Positions 50,735-64,000 of a stretch of 64,000 bases of DNA are shown here, piece by piece. Numbering within the stretch: position 1 is the stretch's first letter; every line of letters starts with the position of its first letter. Origin of the DNA: Chiloscyllium plagiosum (lineage: Eukaryota); contig NC_057751.1 in NCBI RefSeq assembly GCF_004010195.1, forward strand, positions 13,275,659-13,339,658. Direction: 5' to 3'. The notes beneath the pieces were generated by a model. The model worked only from the letters and a program-made list of their open reading frames with translations. It had not been told where the DNA came from and made no database searches. A program made the position numbers and the translations under genes.

Positions 50735-51310
50735 TGCTTTTTTTCCCATTTATAGCATGTTGGACATCACCGGATAATCCAGCATTTATTACCTATTCCT
50801 ATTGTCCTTGAGCAGGTGGTGAAGACCTACCTTCTTGAACCATTGCAGATCATTTGGTGTTGGTAGATCAACAATGCCATCAGGAATGAGGTTTCAGGAT
50901 TCTGACCCAGTGACTAAAGAAATGATAACAGATTTCCAAGTCAGGACTGAGAGTGGCTTAGAGAGGGAACCTGCAGGTGGTGGTGTTTCCACGTATCTGC
51001 TGCCTGTGTTCTTCTAGGTGCTAATGGTTGGGAGATTGGAAAATGCTGTCCAAGACGAATTTCTGCAGCATTTCTTGTGGTTGGTACACACTATTGCCAC
51101 TGTGCACTGGCAGTGAAGACAGTGAATATGGAATGGTAGCAATCAAGCTACCTTGAAGATGTTTTGTCATTATGTTGTTGGAAATGCATTCGTCAAGGCA
51201 AATGGGGAATATTCCATAGTAATCCTAACTTGTGCTTTGTAGTTGACAGACCGGAATTGAGAAGTCAGGAACTTGCTGCAGGAGTCCTATCCTCTGATTT
51301 GCTCTTAAAT
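50735..51310 (-). mobile_element. 3' fragment of the SINE-headed LINE family
   Basis: ccagcatttatt (reverse complement of aataaatgctgg), ccttcttgaacc, ggattctgacccag. Confidence 0.7.
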
Positions 51311-53214
51311 GACTGTAGCCAACTCCCTCGACTGACATCAGAAGAACATTTTAACAAACTGTGACATTACTCCCTGACTGAGCCTGGACCATCTGAACCC
51401 ACTAAGGACTACTCCCTTTTGGCTTTTAAGCATGTCCATTTACTTGAAGCCCATGCAGTGTTTTTGCCACATATGCTGCTGGCCCAGCCTGGCACCTCAC
51501 AGAAACTGTCGAGACCCTTGACTGTTCAGTACTGTCGCCATTAGCAAGCTGCCTGGGTCTCTGTGTTAAAAAGAAATGCAAGCCAAAGAATCAGCTGCTT
51601 TTAGTTATGGCTGAAGAGCCTGTGTGCGAACAGGCAATGCAAACAACAGAGGGAGCCTGTAATTTAGGACTGAAGATGCTTTGTGTTAAAAAGCAATGCA
51701 AACCAGCAAAGCTGGCAGCCACCAAATAAGCAGAAAGTGGATGAGCACTAGCCAAATCAGCCAAGAGCCTGAAGATACCTTCTTCTTGGATGCATGAGAT
51801 ATCCCCTGCACTCAAAGCAACCTGGCAGAAGCATGCAAGGCCGAAGTGTTCTTGAGCTCCAAAATGAAGTCCTCAAATCTTAAGTCATATGTGACTTGCC
51901 AAAGGCAGCCATAATCATGTGGTGAAGCACATGGTTTGGTGGTGCTCATTGTGTGGAGGAAGTGTGGAAGAGGACATTTCCATTGAGCATGCAGGATATG
52001 GTGGTGATCATGCAACCGGATGAAGGCCGAGAGAAGAAAGCAGTAAGCTGCTAATGGCACTTGATCTCATGAATTGGCACTGTCTAGTTTCTCAGAAAAG
52101 GTGAGAGAATGTGGGACTGCATAGAAATGAAATGAGATTAGCTAATAATGAGATTGAAATACATTGAATTAAGGTAGTCACTGCTCATTCAAATTCAGAA
52201 ATCGTCACTTAAATTTCAGGAGCAAAATCAAGACTTCTTTCTTGATGTCAAGAATTTTTTTTTCATTCTTGCTGTATTTTTCCAACATTTTGTTGCTCAC
52301 AGCAGCAGAAAGTTTTCCCTCTTAGCTATGCAACTTAAGCCTCAATTTCCTTTCCTGAATCCAAAGCAGAGGGAGGCCTGGCTCCATGATCCTAACTTTT
52401 AAAATTGGCTCCCTGCACACTGGATTTTGGTCTGTGTTGTGGGCTGGATTAGGACTTGGGCTGAGTGACCTGGGAAAAGTCTAAGAAGCTCACCTTTTTC
52501 CAAGGCAGCTTGCATGGAAAGCCTGTTTGGAATCTCTGGGACTGTATGCACAATGTAAAAATAAAGATTAAATAGAAAACATTCCTCCTACTCCCACCCA
52601 ATTTACTCCCCTCTGTTTGTATGCCCAAGCTGTTAAATTCAATCGCCCCTCAAAACACTTGTGCTATCCAATCCATCCAGCCCCATTGTCTCCTCATACT
52701 CACTATGCATATCTCGAATGCATACCTCAAGCCCTATATGCCTCCAATCACCTCAGGATCTTTAACAGCCACGATGATAACTATGATTTTCAATACTGTC
52801 ACCCTATGCCCATCTCTCTTCATGCCAACTTGCCTATCATCTTGTAGGCATTAATCAGGAGGCATTTGACAGAGAATAAAGTGACCAGTAAACTCACTGA
52901 GAAAAGGTACTTTGCTAAAAAAAACAAATATCCAATACAGTGAAACTGCACATTTCACTTTCATGTTCAATGACTAACTTTAACGAGCAGTTCACTTAAG
53001 TGGTTAATATTTTATGTGAATAAATATCTCACTCAAGTAGTTAAAATGGAAATTTCATTCAGTAAGCAGGTGGAGCTATCAATAGACATCAACTGTGAGA
53101 ATGATAATTTTTGCAGTATATATCCCTTAAACAACCAGACACTGTCAGATACAAATCACATTTTCTTTCCAGACAATTTCTTAGCAAATACTAATGTGTT
53201 TCTTCACTTCTAAT

Positions 53215-56105
53215 ATACTGGCAGGGAAATTTGCTCGAACTGCTTGGGAGGATTTAAACTAGTAAGGACCCAGGGAGATAGTGAGGAAAGAGATCAATCT
53301 GAGACTGGTACAGTTGAGAACAGAAGTGAGTCAAACAGTCAGGGCAGGCAGGGACAAGGTGGGACTAATAAGTTAAACTGCATTTATTTCAATGCAAGGG
53401 GCCTAACAGGGAAGGTAAATGAACTCAGGACATGGTTAGGAACATGGGACTGGGATATCATAGCAATTACAAGAAATGTGGCTCAGGGATGGGCAGGACT
53501 GGCAGCTTCATGTTCCAGGATACAAATGCTACAGGAAGGATAAAAAGGGAGGCAAGAGAGGAGGGGGAGTGGCATTTTTGATAAGGGATAGCATTACAGC
53601 AGTGCTGAGGGAGGATATTCCTGGAAATACATCCAGGCAAGTTATTTGGGTGGAACTGATAAATAAGAAAGGGATGATCACCTTATTGGGATTGTATTAT
53701 AGACTCCCTAATAGTCAGAGGGAAATTCAGAAACAAACTTGTAAGGAGATCTCAGCTATCTGTAAGAATAATAGGGTAGTTATGGTAGGGGATTTTAACT
53801 TTCCAAACATCGACTGGGACTGCCATAGTGTTAAAGGTTTAGATGGAGAGGAATTTGCTAAGTGCGTACAAGACAATTTTCTGATTCAGTATGTGGATGT
53901 ACCTACTAGAGAAGGTGTCAAACTTGACCTACTCTTGGGGAAAAAAGGCAGGGAAGGTGACTGAAGTGTCACTGGGGGAGCACTTTAGGGCCAGCGACCA
54001 TAATTCTATTCGTTTTAAAATAGTGATGGAAAAGGATAGATCAGATCTAAAAGTTGTAGTTCTAAATTGGAGAAAGGCCAATTTTGACGGTATTAGGCAA
54101 GAACGTTCGAAAGCTGATTGGAGGCAGATGTTCGCAGGTAAAGGGACGGCTGGAAAATGGGAAGCCTTCAGAAATGAGACAAGAATCCAGAGAAAGTATA
54201 TTCTTGTCAGGGTGAAAGGGAAGGCTGGTAGGTATAGGGAATGCTGGATGACTAAAGAAATTGAGAGTTTTGGTTAAGAAAAAGAAGGGAGCATATGTCA
54301 GGTATAGACAGGATAAATCGAATGAATCCTTAGAAGAGTATAAAGGAAGTAGGAGTATACTAAGAGGGAAATCAGGAGGGCAAAATGGGGACATGAGATT
54401 GCGTTGGCAAATAGAATTAAGGAGAATCCAAATATATTAAGGACAAAAGGGTAACGAGGGAGAGAATAGGGCCCCTCAAAGATCAGCAAGGCGGCCTTTG
54501 TGTGGAGCCACAGAAATGGGGGAGATACTAAATTAATATTTTACATCAGTATTTACTGTGGAAAAGGATATGGAAGATATAGCCTGAGGGAAATAGATGG
54601 TTACATCTTGCAAAATGTCCAGGTTACAGAGGAGGAAGTGCTGGATGTCTTGAAACGGGTTAAAGGTAGATAATTCCCCAGGACCTGATCAGGTGTACCC
54701 GAGAACTCTGTGAGAAGCTGGAGAAGTGATTACTGGGCCTCTTGCTGAGATATTTGTATCATCGATAGTCACAGGTGAGGTGCCGGAAGACTGAAGGTTG
54801 GCAACCGTGGTGCCACTGTTTAAGAAGGGCAGTAAAGGCAAGCCAGGGAACTATAGACCGGTGAGCCTGACCTCAGTGGTGGGCAAGTTGTTGGAGGGAA
54901 TCCTTAGGGACAGGATGTACATATATCTAGAAAGGCAAGGACTGCTCACATGGCTTTGTGCATGGGAAATCATGTCTCACAATCTTGATTGAGTTTATTG
55001 AAGAAGTAACAAAGAAGATTGATGAGGGCAGAGCAGTACAAGTGATCTATTTAGACTTCAGTAAGGTGTTCGACAAGGATTCCCATGGGAGACTGATTAG
55101 CAAGGTTAGCTCTAACGGAATACAGGGAGAACTAGCCATTTGGATACAGAACTGGCGCAAAGGTAGAAGATAGAGGGTGGTGGTGGAGGGTTGTTTGCAG
55201 ATGACACCAAAATTTGAGGTGTCGTGGATAGCAAAGAGGGTTACCTCAGTTTACAACAGGATCTGGACCAGATGAGCCAATGGGCTGAGAAGTGGCAGAT
55301 GCATTTATCTGAATTAAACTCCGAGGTGCTGCATTTTGGAAAGCAAATCTTAGCAGGACTTATACACTTAATGGTAAGGTCCTGGGGAATGTTGCTGAAC
55401 AAAGAGACCTTGGAGTGCAGGTTCATAGCTACTTGAAAGTGGAGTCGCAGGTAGATAGGATAGTGAAGAAGGCATTTGGTATGCTTTCCTTTATTGGTCA
55501 GAGTATTGAGTAGAGGAGTTGGGAGGTCATGTTGCGGCTGTACAGGATATTGGTTAGGCCACTGTTGGAATATTGCGTGCAATTCTAGTCTCCTCCTATC
55601 GGAAAGATGTTGTGAAACTTGAAAGGATTCAGAAGAGATTTACAAGAATATTGCCAGGGTTTGAGCTATAGGGAGAAGCTGAACAGGTTGGGGCTGTTTT
55701 CCCTGGAGCATCAGAGGCTGAGGGGTGACCTTATAGAGGTTTACAAAATTATGAGGGGCATGGATAGGATAAACAGACAAAATCTTTTCCCTGGGATCGG
55801 GGAGTCCAGAACTAGAGGGCATAGGTTTAGGGTGAGAGGGAAAAGATATAAAAGAGACCTAAGGGTAATTTTTTCACGCAGAGGGCGGTTTGTGTATGGA
55901 ATGAGCTGCCAGAGGATGTGGTGGAGGCTGGTACAATTGCAACATTTAAAAGGCATTTGGATGGGTATATGAATAGGAAGGGTTTGGAGGGATGTGGGCC
56001 GGGTGCTAGCAGGTGGGACTAGATTGGGTTGGTCAGTGTGGACAGGTTGGACCGAAGTGTCTGTTTCCATGCTGTACATCTTTATGACTCTGTGACTCTA
56101 TGACT
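53215..56105 (+). mobile_element. Young CR1 LINE, ORF1 end through ORF2 and 3' tail, frameshifted
   Basis: ggaggatttaaactag ORF1 end, EN and RT motifs, deletion near 55195, tail atgactctgtgactctatgact. Confidence 0.93.
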
Positions 56106-56384
56106 TGATTTGCAAAAGCATACTTTATTACAATCCCAAAGAGCGTTTTATCTTTCCAGGAAGGGTGCTTTACCACTACAAAATGAGTATTTTACTTCTA
56201 CACAATAGGAAAAAAATAAAACTTTCTGACTGCACTCACCCCTCACACCCCTTCATTCTCACATACTCTCCATGTTCCTTCATCCATGTAACCTAATTTT
56301 TTTTGCCTTACTTCAATGCCAACTTAGTGCTGAGTTGTATCCACCACTTTTTCTCTCTTGATCTACCTCGTCAATTAATTCTAA

Positions 56385-56715
56385 GGAGCATGCTGAATTC
56401 TGTAGTGCTTCTTGTGGATGTCACAATTCTGCCACTGTTTGTCAGTATGAGAAGAAATAATTGTAGAATATGTTGGATGCAGTATTAAGCAAGTGGGCTG
56501 GTTTGTCCTGGATGGTGCTGATCGCCTTGATTGGTTGGGGCTCATCCAAACAAGTGGAGAGTGTTACATCGTAGTCTTGATTCTTGCATTGTAAATGGTG
56601 ATCAGGTTGTGAAGAGCCATGATACGAGTTATTCACTGCAGACATTTTAGTCTCTGCTCTGTTCATGTCGTCACAGTATCTATATGGCTGGTTTAATTCA
56701 GTTTCTGGTCAATGC
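56385..56715 (-). mobile_element. Fragment of the SINE-headed LINE family
   Basis: Minus ORF STIQDKPAHL; similar to 36470-36770. Confidence 0.6.
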
Positions 56716-56847
56716 ATTTTGAGAATTCTACACACTTGATCGCAGATTAATACTTGTTGACATCTTTTCAAGTTGGAAAGTTATATGAGATTTCTCTACA
56801 AGTTACAGACAAGTATCTCCATAGTTAGTTGTCCCAAAGGGTAGAGA

Positions 56848-56953
56848 CACAAACAAAAGCAGAAATTGCTGGAAAACCTCAGCAGGCCTGGCAGCATCTG
56901 TGGAGAGAAATCAGAGTGAAGGTTTTGGGTCAAGTGACCCTTCCTCAGAACTG
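56848..56953 (-). mobile_element. PLE pLTR fragment with decayed hammerhead
   Basis: Reverse complement ctgaggaagggtcacttgacccaaaacc..ctctccacagatgctgccag. Confidence 0.7.
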
Positions 56954-57339
56954 GGCAAACAGTTCACTTCAAAGGATCTGTGACCTCCAACCCACAGGAT
57001 ATTAGACACCCACCTCTCCGTGTTGTCTCAAAGAATCTTTGGCTCTCCACCGTGTGCTGAGATCTTATCCTGGGAGTTATGTCAGCTCTTTGAAGAGGTC
57101 TCATTATCCAAAGGAAATGCACGAAGAACGGACCTGTTCTTACCTGATCCAATCTCCAGATTCCAGACATCAAGAACTCCAAAAATGCTATTTCAATGGA
57201 AGCAGCTGGTCATTTAAATGGTCAGCTGTTTCTAGGATCTGCCATTCCTCTCAATTTCTGGCATTTCTGATGTGGCAGAGACAGTGTCCATCCTGTCAGA
57301 AATCAGGGTCATATTGTGTACCTTCCAGACATGAGGTGC

Positions 57340-57637
57340 TGGGACTGGACGTTGGCTAAAGTGATGCCACTATTTAACAAAGGTGGTAAAGAAAAGCCAG
57401 GGAACTATACACTGGTGAGCCTGACATCGGTGGTGGGCAAGTTGTTGGACGGAATCCTAAGGGATAAGGTTTACATTTACTTGGAAGGCAAGGACTGATT
57501 AGTGATAGACAGCATGACTTTGCGCATGGAAAATCATGTCTCATGAACTTGACTGAGATTTTGAAGAAGTAACAAAGAGGATTGAAGAGGGCAGAGCAGT
57601 GGATGTGATCTATTTGGACTTCAGTAAGGCGTTCGAA
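57340..57637 (+). mobile_element. CR1 RT internal fragment
   Basis: PLFNKGGKEKPGNYTLVSLTSVVGKLL; ttggacttcagtaaggcgttcg. Confidence 0.85.
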
Positions 57638-59602
57638 GATATCAAGATCTCAATCATCACCCTAATAAGGCAACATGAAGCATGACACTCTGATGGGAAC
57701 TTTCTATTGTTTGTCATCAATTAGTTTAGTATTAGCCCAGACACTGAAGTGCCTATGACTGTTATATATGCAAGAGCTGTAATAACGGTCTGATAAATCT
57801 TTTAGAAATACGTTACCCACAATTAGCTGTTACACGATGGGACCTAACATAAATATTGCCTCATCAGAAACAAATACACTTCAAAAACAAAGGCCTACAA
57901 CACAGTATCAGGTCAATAATCATTGGTGTGACTCAATTATTTGATATTATTTCCTTGCTTTCAAAAGGCAGACAAATAAGTTATAATTGTAATATCAGAG
58001 ATTCCGCTTCAGCTCAATTTTGCACTGTGAACATCTGGAAGACAAACATCGAAAGAAAGCAGTTTTTTTCAATTCCAGTTTCTTAGCCAGAAATGTATTA
58101 TTTTCTGATAAATCAAACAATCTTTGTTCAGTACATAAGTCCTTCTGCACTATCAAGATAAAGGCCAGAGTTAGCTGAGACAGCAAAAACAACGAACAGA
58201 TTTGTCAACAAAATTAGAACAAGCAGGATTGCACCTGAAATACAGTCTGTTATGGACTGAAAACTGAAACATACAAAACTCCTGCAGGGTTGGTGTGGAT
58301 AGAATATTGCTTTTGGCTAGTGAGTCAAGAGTCAAGAGTCAGGTGACAGTTTCAGAATAAGGAGCAGGCCAACTGAAGCCTAGATGAGCAAACATTCTTC
58401 ACTCCCAAAATAGGGAATGTTTGAAAATCTGCACTTCAGAATGCCGTGAATGTTGAAACCAAAACATTTCTGGATGCCAATGACATCAAGAGATATGAGG
58501 ACCATATGCAAAAATAGTGTAGAGTTAGCTGATAAGCAATGATTTGTGTGAATGATGCAGCAGGCTCACCAAACTGAATGCCTGCACAATTCAGTCAGTT
58601 CATTATAATGAAAATACTTTCTTATCAACCCCACCAACACCAAGTTATGAGACAGTTTTGTATGCAGCAAGAACTTGATTGCTAATATAATCATTTGTGA
58701 AAAGTAGCTAAAACATGACAATAGTATAAGTTCATTTTTTTTTTTGTTCTGTGCAAATTTAGTTAAATGGTTGTGCTATTGCAAACGTGAGTTTTAAGAT
58801 TACCGGAATTATTCACTTTGTCCCATGGTACTCAATTGCAACCAAGAAACCCCAACATAACTTGAGATGCAATGATGACAACATGCCATATGATGATGAT
58901 AATAAGACCCAAAAACCCAAAAATCGGTTTTGAAACGTTAGTGCTATTCATCAAATCCGGATGATAAGCAAAATATATTATAAATTTAGAGCTACAATGC
59001 TGCAGGTATTTTTCATTAAAGTAAAGTAAAATAAATCATAAATTGTGTCATGTTAGACTTCTTGTGTGTATTTTCTAATAAATGGCTAAACAATAGCACC
59101 TGAGATTATGTTGTATTGCTTGCCTTTTGGATGAAACATGGTGAAAGTGAAGGAGACTAAAAGCTTGTATTGGGTTAAAAATGTGCACAGACTAATTTTA
59201 AAAATAGTTCTGGAACTGTCACTTGTAGTAGCAGAAACATTATTGGATCATATCACAAAATATTTAGAGTTTATGAAAAATGTATAAATGTTTTTGAAAA
59301 CGGAGGTATATAAAGTATAATCAGTGAAACACAGCCTGTAATGAGAAAAATTAACATTTCTTATGTACCTGATAAAGCCAGCTCACAAAAGCTTTTTTCT
59401 CGAGCAGAACAGGATGTGAAAGTGTCAGTCATGTGAAAATTTATTTTTAAATTTTATTCTGTATGTCCGTTGGATTCTAAGAGTTAAAAAGAGTGACCTG
59501 TCACCAAGATGATTTGTGGTATCTTAAAGGCTTCAGAACTAGTGAAACTCATCTACCAAGGCAAACAGAACTGAACAGCCTCCACCTTGGAGGCTCCCTG
59601 CC

Positions 59603-59737
59603 GCATTCCTGATGAAGGGCTTTGGCCCAAAACGTCGATTTTCCTGCTTCTTGGATGCTGCCTGACTTGCTTGCTTTTCCAGCACCACTCTAATCTGGAC
59701 TCTGATCTCCAGCATCTGCAATCTCACTTTCACCTCA
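59603..59737 (+). mobile_element. PLE pLTR fragment with hammerhead motif (GAAA mutated to AAAA)
   Basis: attc-ctgatga-agggc-tttg-gccc-aaaa-cgtc-gatt; same family as 6569-6664. Confidence 0.75.
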
Positions 59738-60484
59738 GAATGATAATTAATAGTTCCTGTTTTAACTCCTTGCCAATTATGATCCCACCCATCAACATCC
59801 TCCACTCAGTCTGCACAAATTAATGTTCCCTTTCTAAGTTTTGTTTGCTGCATCCCCATCCTGATGATAACAATACAAGCTTGAACTTCATGTCTCTTTT
59901 CAGCAGTATTTAAATTCTGTGCTACCCCCAATCAATTACTAATAATGATAAAGCAAACAACATTTGATCAGGCATAAATTTTACTTGAACAATCTATTTT
60001 CCTGAATCCTGAGCAGCAATCCAAACCTCAAGTTGAATTCGTCTTAAAATTTTCCCTTATGCAGAATTTCATCACAAATGCAAGTAAACCTAACATCCAA
60101 ATAGAGGCAACTGCAATCATAACTAAGGTATGAATGCCAACTAAATGCATCTGAAAAGGAAAATTGAACAGAATGGCTACACAGTTTCAAATGCAAAGGT
60201 TGCAACATTGTACATCTGAAGTGGAAGGCCTGGACTTCGTTAAAATAGACCGGGCAAGTTAACAGTTGCTGTCATCTCTCCAAAGGCAATTTGACCTTTC
60301 AAACAAAACAGGTACTAGTTGACTTGTTTTACAGAAATGACCTACTGCTCAGTCAAATGATAGACATGTGGTGGCAACAAAGGAAATAGGGAGAGGGAAA
60401 AGCAACTGAGATACTTCCAAATCAGACAGAGGAGCAAAATGAACATTTCTGTTTCTCATGAGTTGAAAGCAATATTTACTTAAA

Positions 60485-61445
60485 AAAGAATCGCACAACA
60501 CCAGGTGATAGTGCAACAGGATTATTTGGAAGCACTAGCTTTCAAATGGTACATTGGCAAGACCGAGCAGAGGCTACAACAACGGATAAATGGACGCAGC
60601 ACAACAATCACCAGCCAGGAATGTTCCCTCCCAGTCGGGGAACACTTCAGTGGTCCGGGACACTCAGCCTTGGATCTTCAGGTGACCATCCTCCAAGGTG
60701 GACTTCAGGACAGGCAACAACGCAACGTGGCCATGCAGAGGCTGATATCCAAGTTCAGTACCCATGAGGATGACCTCAACTGGGACCCTGGGTTCATGTC
60801 ATATTACAGGTGACCCCACTGCATGACACACACTCTTGCACACACACTCCTGCAGACCTACACACTCATGCAGACCCTCTCTCATACACAAGGACACATA
60901 CACACCCCCCACACAGACTTATACCCGTTTACACTCACACATACATACACATACTCTCATAGACACTCAACCACCCGCAGCACTCCCCCACCCCCAACAA
61001 CACACATCTACATGCACATGCATGCATATAAGTTAGTGGGGTTAATTTATACTTGCAGAATTAGTTTATTTTTCTCAAAAACTGCATGAATCCATATAAG
61101 ATTCTGTAAATCCTTTTTTTAGAAATATAATCAGTCTGAACATTGGAACACAGACAGACTTTAACATTATACCTTCAATGCATTATCTGAGCTGACGTAG
61201 CACCTATTGTTAAAGTTTGCTTAAGAATGTAACTTGAAAAATGTTCAGGGGTTTACATAAGAAAAAACTGAAACCAACATGGTCATTCTAAAAGATGAGA
61301 CTTAACAAACAATCCAGGTCTTTTTCAATATATCATCTCAATTGCATCACACTGTAAACTTTTGCTATAAATTCTGTCTTACAATCTTAACAACCACCTG
61401 AAGAAGCAGCGCTCCGAAAGCTAGTGCTTCCAAATAAACCTGCTG
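60485..61445 (+). mobile_element. Penelope-like element 3' part with inverted 5' pLTR
   Basis: WYIGKTEQRLQQRING..PVGEHFS (GIY-YIG); CA-rich spacer; 3' pLTR ctgaagaag..ccgaaagctagtg; its reverse complement at 60490-60543. Confidence 0.85.
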
Positions 61446-64000
61446 TGGTCTCCGTCTTAGTATTCTTTCTTTTAGATAATAGCCCTCCAAAACATTCTCT
61501 GCCTCCTTTGCAGAGTACGCATCTACATATTTTTCTTTTAACGTCTTGTCTTACTTTTGCAAGTCTTTTAGCCTTTCAGGACTAAACACTTCTGTCTGAC
61601 CCGCTGCCTGTTCAGGTTTTTCCAGCACCATTATGTCAAACAGGGTACCTGCTAACTGAAACTCAACTCCTTCACCTTTCTCTTTACTTTTCACTTCATG
61701 CTGTGACTTATGATAGTGGGATCTGATTACTACACATTCTGGGAAAATACTAGCATATTTCTGCTTTAACTCCTCAGTTTTCTGGTCTTTCTGGGCTTCT
61801 CTACAACAAGGTGTCACTCCCACCTTGGATCCTACCAAATCATTCCCAAGAATGAACTGAAACTCGGTCAATTATTCCCACATTGAGTTGGCATTCCAAC
61901 CCGATCTTACATAGGGGAATGCTAAATTTCTGTCCATCTATCCCACACTCTTGGGAATATGCTCTCAGAAAGAGAGCATATTCCTTCATCTCTTACTGTC
62001 AGCGAATGGTTAGATCCTGTATCTCTCAAAATTATAACTTCTTGTCCTTCTCCCACTGTTCTTTCTGAGTAAGCTTTCTCCACAGAAGCGAATTCTTTGC
62101 AGAGATCAGGTACTAAATCCATACCCAGCGCCTGCTTAGATTCTGCACTCTCCTGCAGCTCCTCGGCTCTTCTTAGGGTCTCCTTTACTATCTTCATTAA
62201 TGCCACTGCCTTAGCTTCTTTTACCATATATTTTCCCACAATGCCTTTCTTGAATAATCAGCACTGTGACTTTATGTGTCCCACTTTACCACAGTGGAAA
62301 CACCTGAGGCCCTTCACCTCCTTTCCAAGCTCTTGGGCTTATTTTTTAATCTGTGGTAAATTCCTACCAGTTTACTCTTTCTTACACAGTGTAGCATCCC
62401 CCACTTCTCCCAAATTCTATCGCTCAGAGGACAAAATTCTGGCTGAAACGTGGCTTATGCACCAACATGTATTAATTTGCTACTCTGCTGCAATTCTCAC
62501 TTCCTGAACTTCCTGTTCCTCATGTGAATACTAATCATCTCTGGAAGTGAGTTTTTAAAACTCTTACAGCAAAGTAATCTCTCAAAGAGCCTCAAAGGTC
62601 CTAACTATTTTTAAAGCACATACCCATCTATCAAAATGACTATGTTAATTCTTTCAAACTCAATATAACTCTGACCTGGTTCCTTCTTTATGTTTCTGAA
62701 GTGCTATCTATATGCTTCTCAGACCAATTCATATGCACTTAAAAATAGCCTGTTTAACCTCTTCATAATCCCTTGATACTTCATCTGACAATGCGGCAAA
62801 TACCTCACTAGCTCTGCCTACCAGTTTAGTCTGCACTAGCATTACCCATAAATCCTTGGACCACTCCATCTGCCTAGCCAATTTTTCAAATGAAATAAAG
62901 AAGGCTTCAACATCTTTCTCATCAAAATAAGTTTTGACTTATTTATATATCGCACTACCTTTTCTTTTAATCTCCATCCTATTAACTTGACTTTTCTGAC
63001 CAAGTTGCAACTTGTCAAATTCAAATTCTCTCTCTTTTTGTCTTTAACTTTCTTCTCTCTCTCTCCCTTTGCTCAGCTAAGAACCTTCGCTCTGTTGTTA
63101 TCTTCTAACTTACAATTGAGGAAAATGGAGTACGTTTTTCTACCTCTACAGCATTTGTCTGTTTCTCTGACACACCTAAGCAGTTGAGTTATTGCCTTAC
63201 AGTTTCAGCTTTATTTTTGTCCTTGGTTAAACCCAAATCTAACTTCTTTGCTAATTCTACTTCTTTCCTTCTGAACTTACTTGACAAATTTGAGAGTCAT
63301 CTTCAAATCCCAGAACCTCTTTAGCAATTTTAAGAGCTATTTCTCTCACTTCCAAATTAATCAACCACAAGTCACTGAAATTAAGCAAATTGTCTCACCT
63401 ATGTTTTATTTAAAATTGAGGACATTAACCTGCAAGTGTTTAAATCTGCTGGGATTTGTCATACCCCTAAATCTATTTAAATCTGTCAAAACCAGTTCAA
63501 ATCCCGGACGAAAACCCCTAAATTATTATGTCACAGGGTAAAAACCCCCTGCTAAATTAAATCAGCAACGCAGACAAGATTTATCCCGTGCGGTAATCTA
63601 TGAAAATTCGAGAGGCCGAGAATTATCCTAGCGATCACAAAGTAAAAATTAACAACTTTGTTTTTTAAAACAGAGAATAATTAACTAACAATTCCTTTCT
63701 CCAACCTATCTTTTAGTTTCCTATCTTTAATACTGGTCCATTAAAAACCCTGAAGATTCACCAAAAAAATTCAATTTTCAAAACCAGCCAGCTGTCGAAT
63801 CTTCTCTTTGTATCTTCCTCTGTCTTCTTTTCTTCTTAGGGTTTCTGTTTCACGGGTTGTTAATAGATAAAGGTAGCTTTAAGAGAGCTATTCTGGGGGC
63901 AGTCTGCATATGTTGGTGGCAGTTCTCCTCCAACTGTCAGACTTTTTCCTGGTCTTATACCCCAAAGCATCGGATTGTTTCATTGGTTTTGATATTGTCA
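61446..64000 (-). mobile_element. Gypsy element related to the Gmr1-like copy, 5' part (LTR, PBS, gag, protease)
   Basis: LTR from about 63524 to the window end; tRNA-Pro-like PBS 63495-63520; CCHC knuckle CFHCGKVGHIKSQC (about 62261-62305); protease ILRDTGS; gag homologous to 5660-7900. Confidence 0.88.

Noticed and set aside
49850..52330. Possible DNA-transposon or gag remnants
   Set aside because: Only faint motif resemblance (gag-like at 50270-50440, Harbinger-like near 51970); termini and frames could not be established.
56960..57300. ORFs 57020 and 57039 as host coding or L1-like sequence
   Set aside because: No convincing motif or splice structure; at most a weak L1/Tx1-like remnant.
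60823..61089. His/Thr-rich ORFs
   Set aside because: Translation of the CA-rich low-complexity spacer of the PLE.

Overview
Eukaryotic, repeat-dense genomic DNA, most likely from an elasmobranch (shark), inferred from the HE1-type SINEs and HER1/CR1-type LINEs. The only host coding sequence I can support is three internal exons of TET3 (methylcytosine dioxygenase, Cys-rich domain) on the minus strand: 34685-34778 (94 bp), 23945-24153 (209 bp) and 495-645 (151 bp). All three have GT-AG boundaries and splice into one continuous frame. The rest is TET3 intron, filled with decayed and heavily nested mobile elements: many CR1 LINEs, HE1 SINEs, a DeuSINE-like copy, two related Ty3/Gypsy elements (one showing the Gmr1 integrase-before-RT order), a Rex1/Babar LINE, Penelope-like elements (PLEs) with minimal hammerhead ribozyme motifs, a fragmented Harbinger transposase, L2 remnants and a MITE. 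Most notable: (1) a LINE whose 5' end is a tRNA-derived SINE head plus central domain running straight into ORF2 with no room for ORF1, with short head+tail SINEs of the same family elsewhere in the window; (2) a 96-bp insertion that is essentially an intact minimal hammerhead ribozyme flanked by 14-bp direct repeats; (3) an apparent gene-conversion tract between two CR1 copies; (4) a near-perfect 231-bp local duplication. TE boundaries were read by eye and are approximate (tens of bp); family names come from remembered motifs, not database searches.
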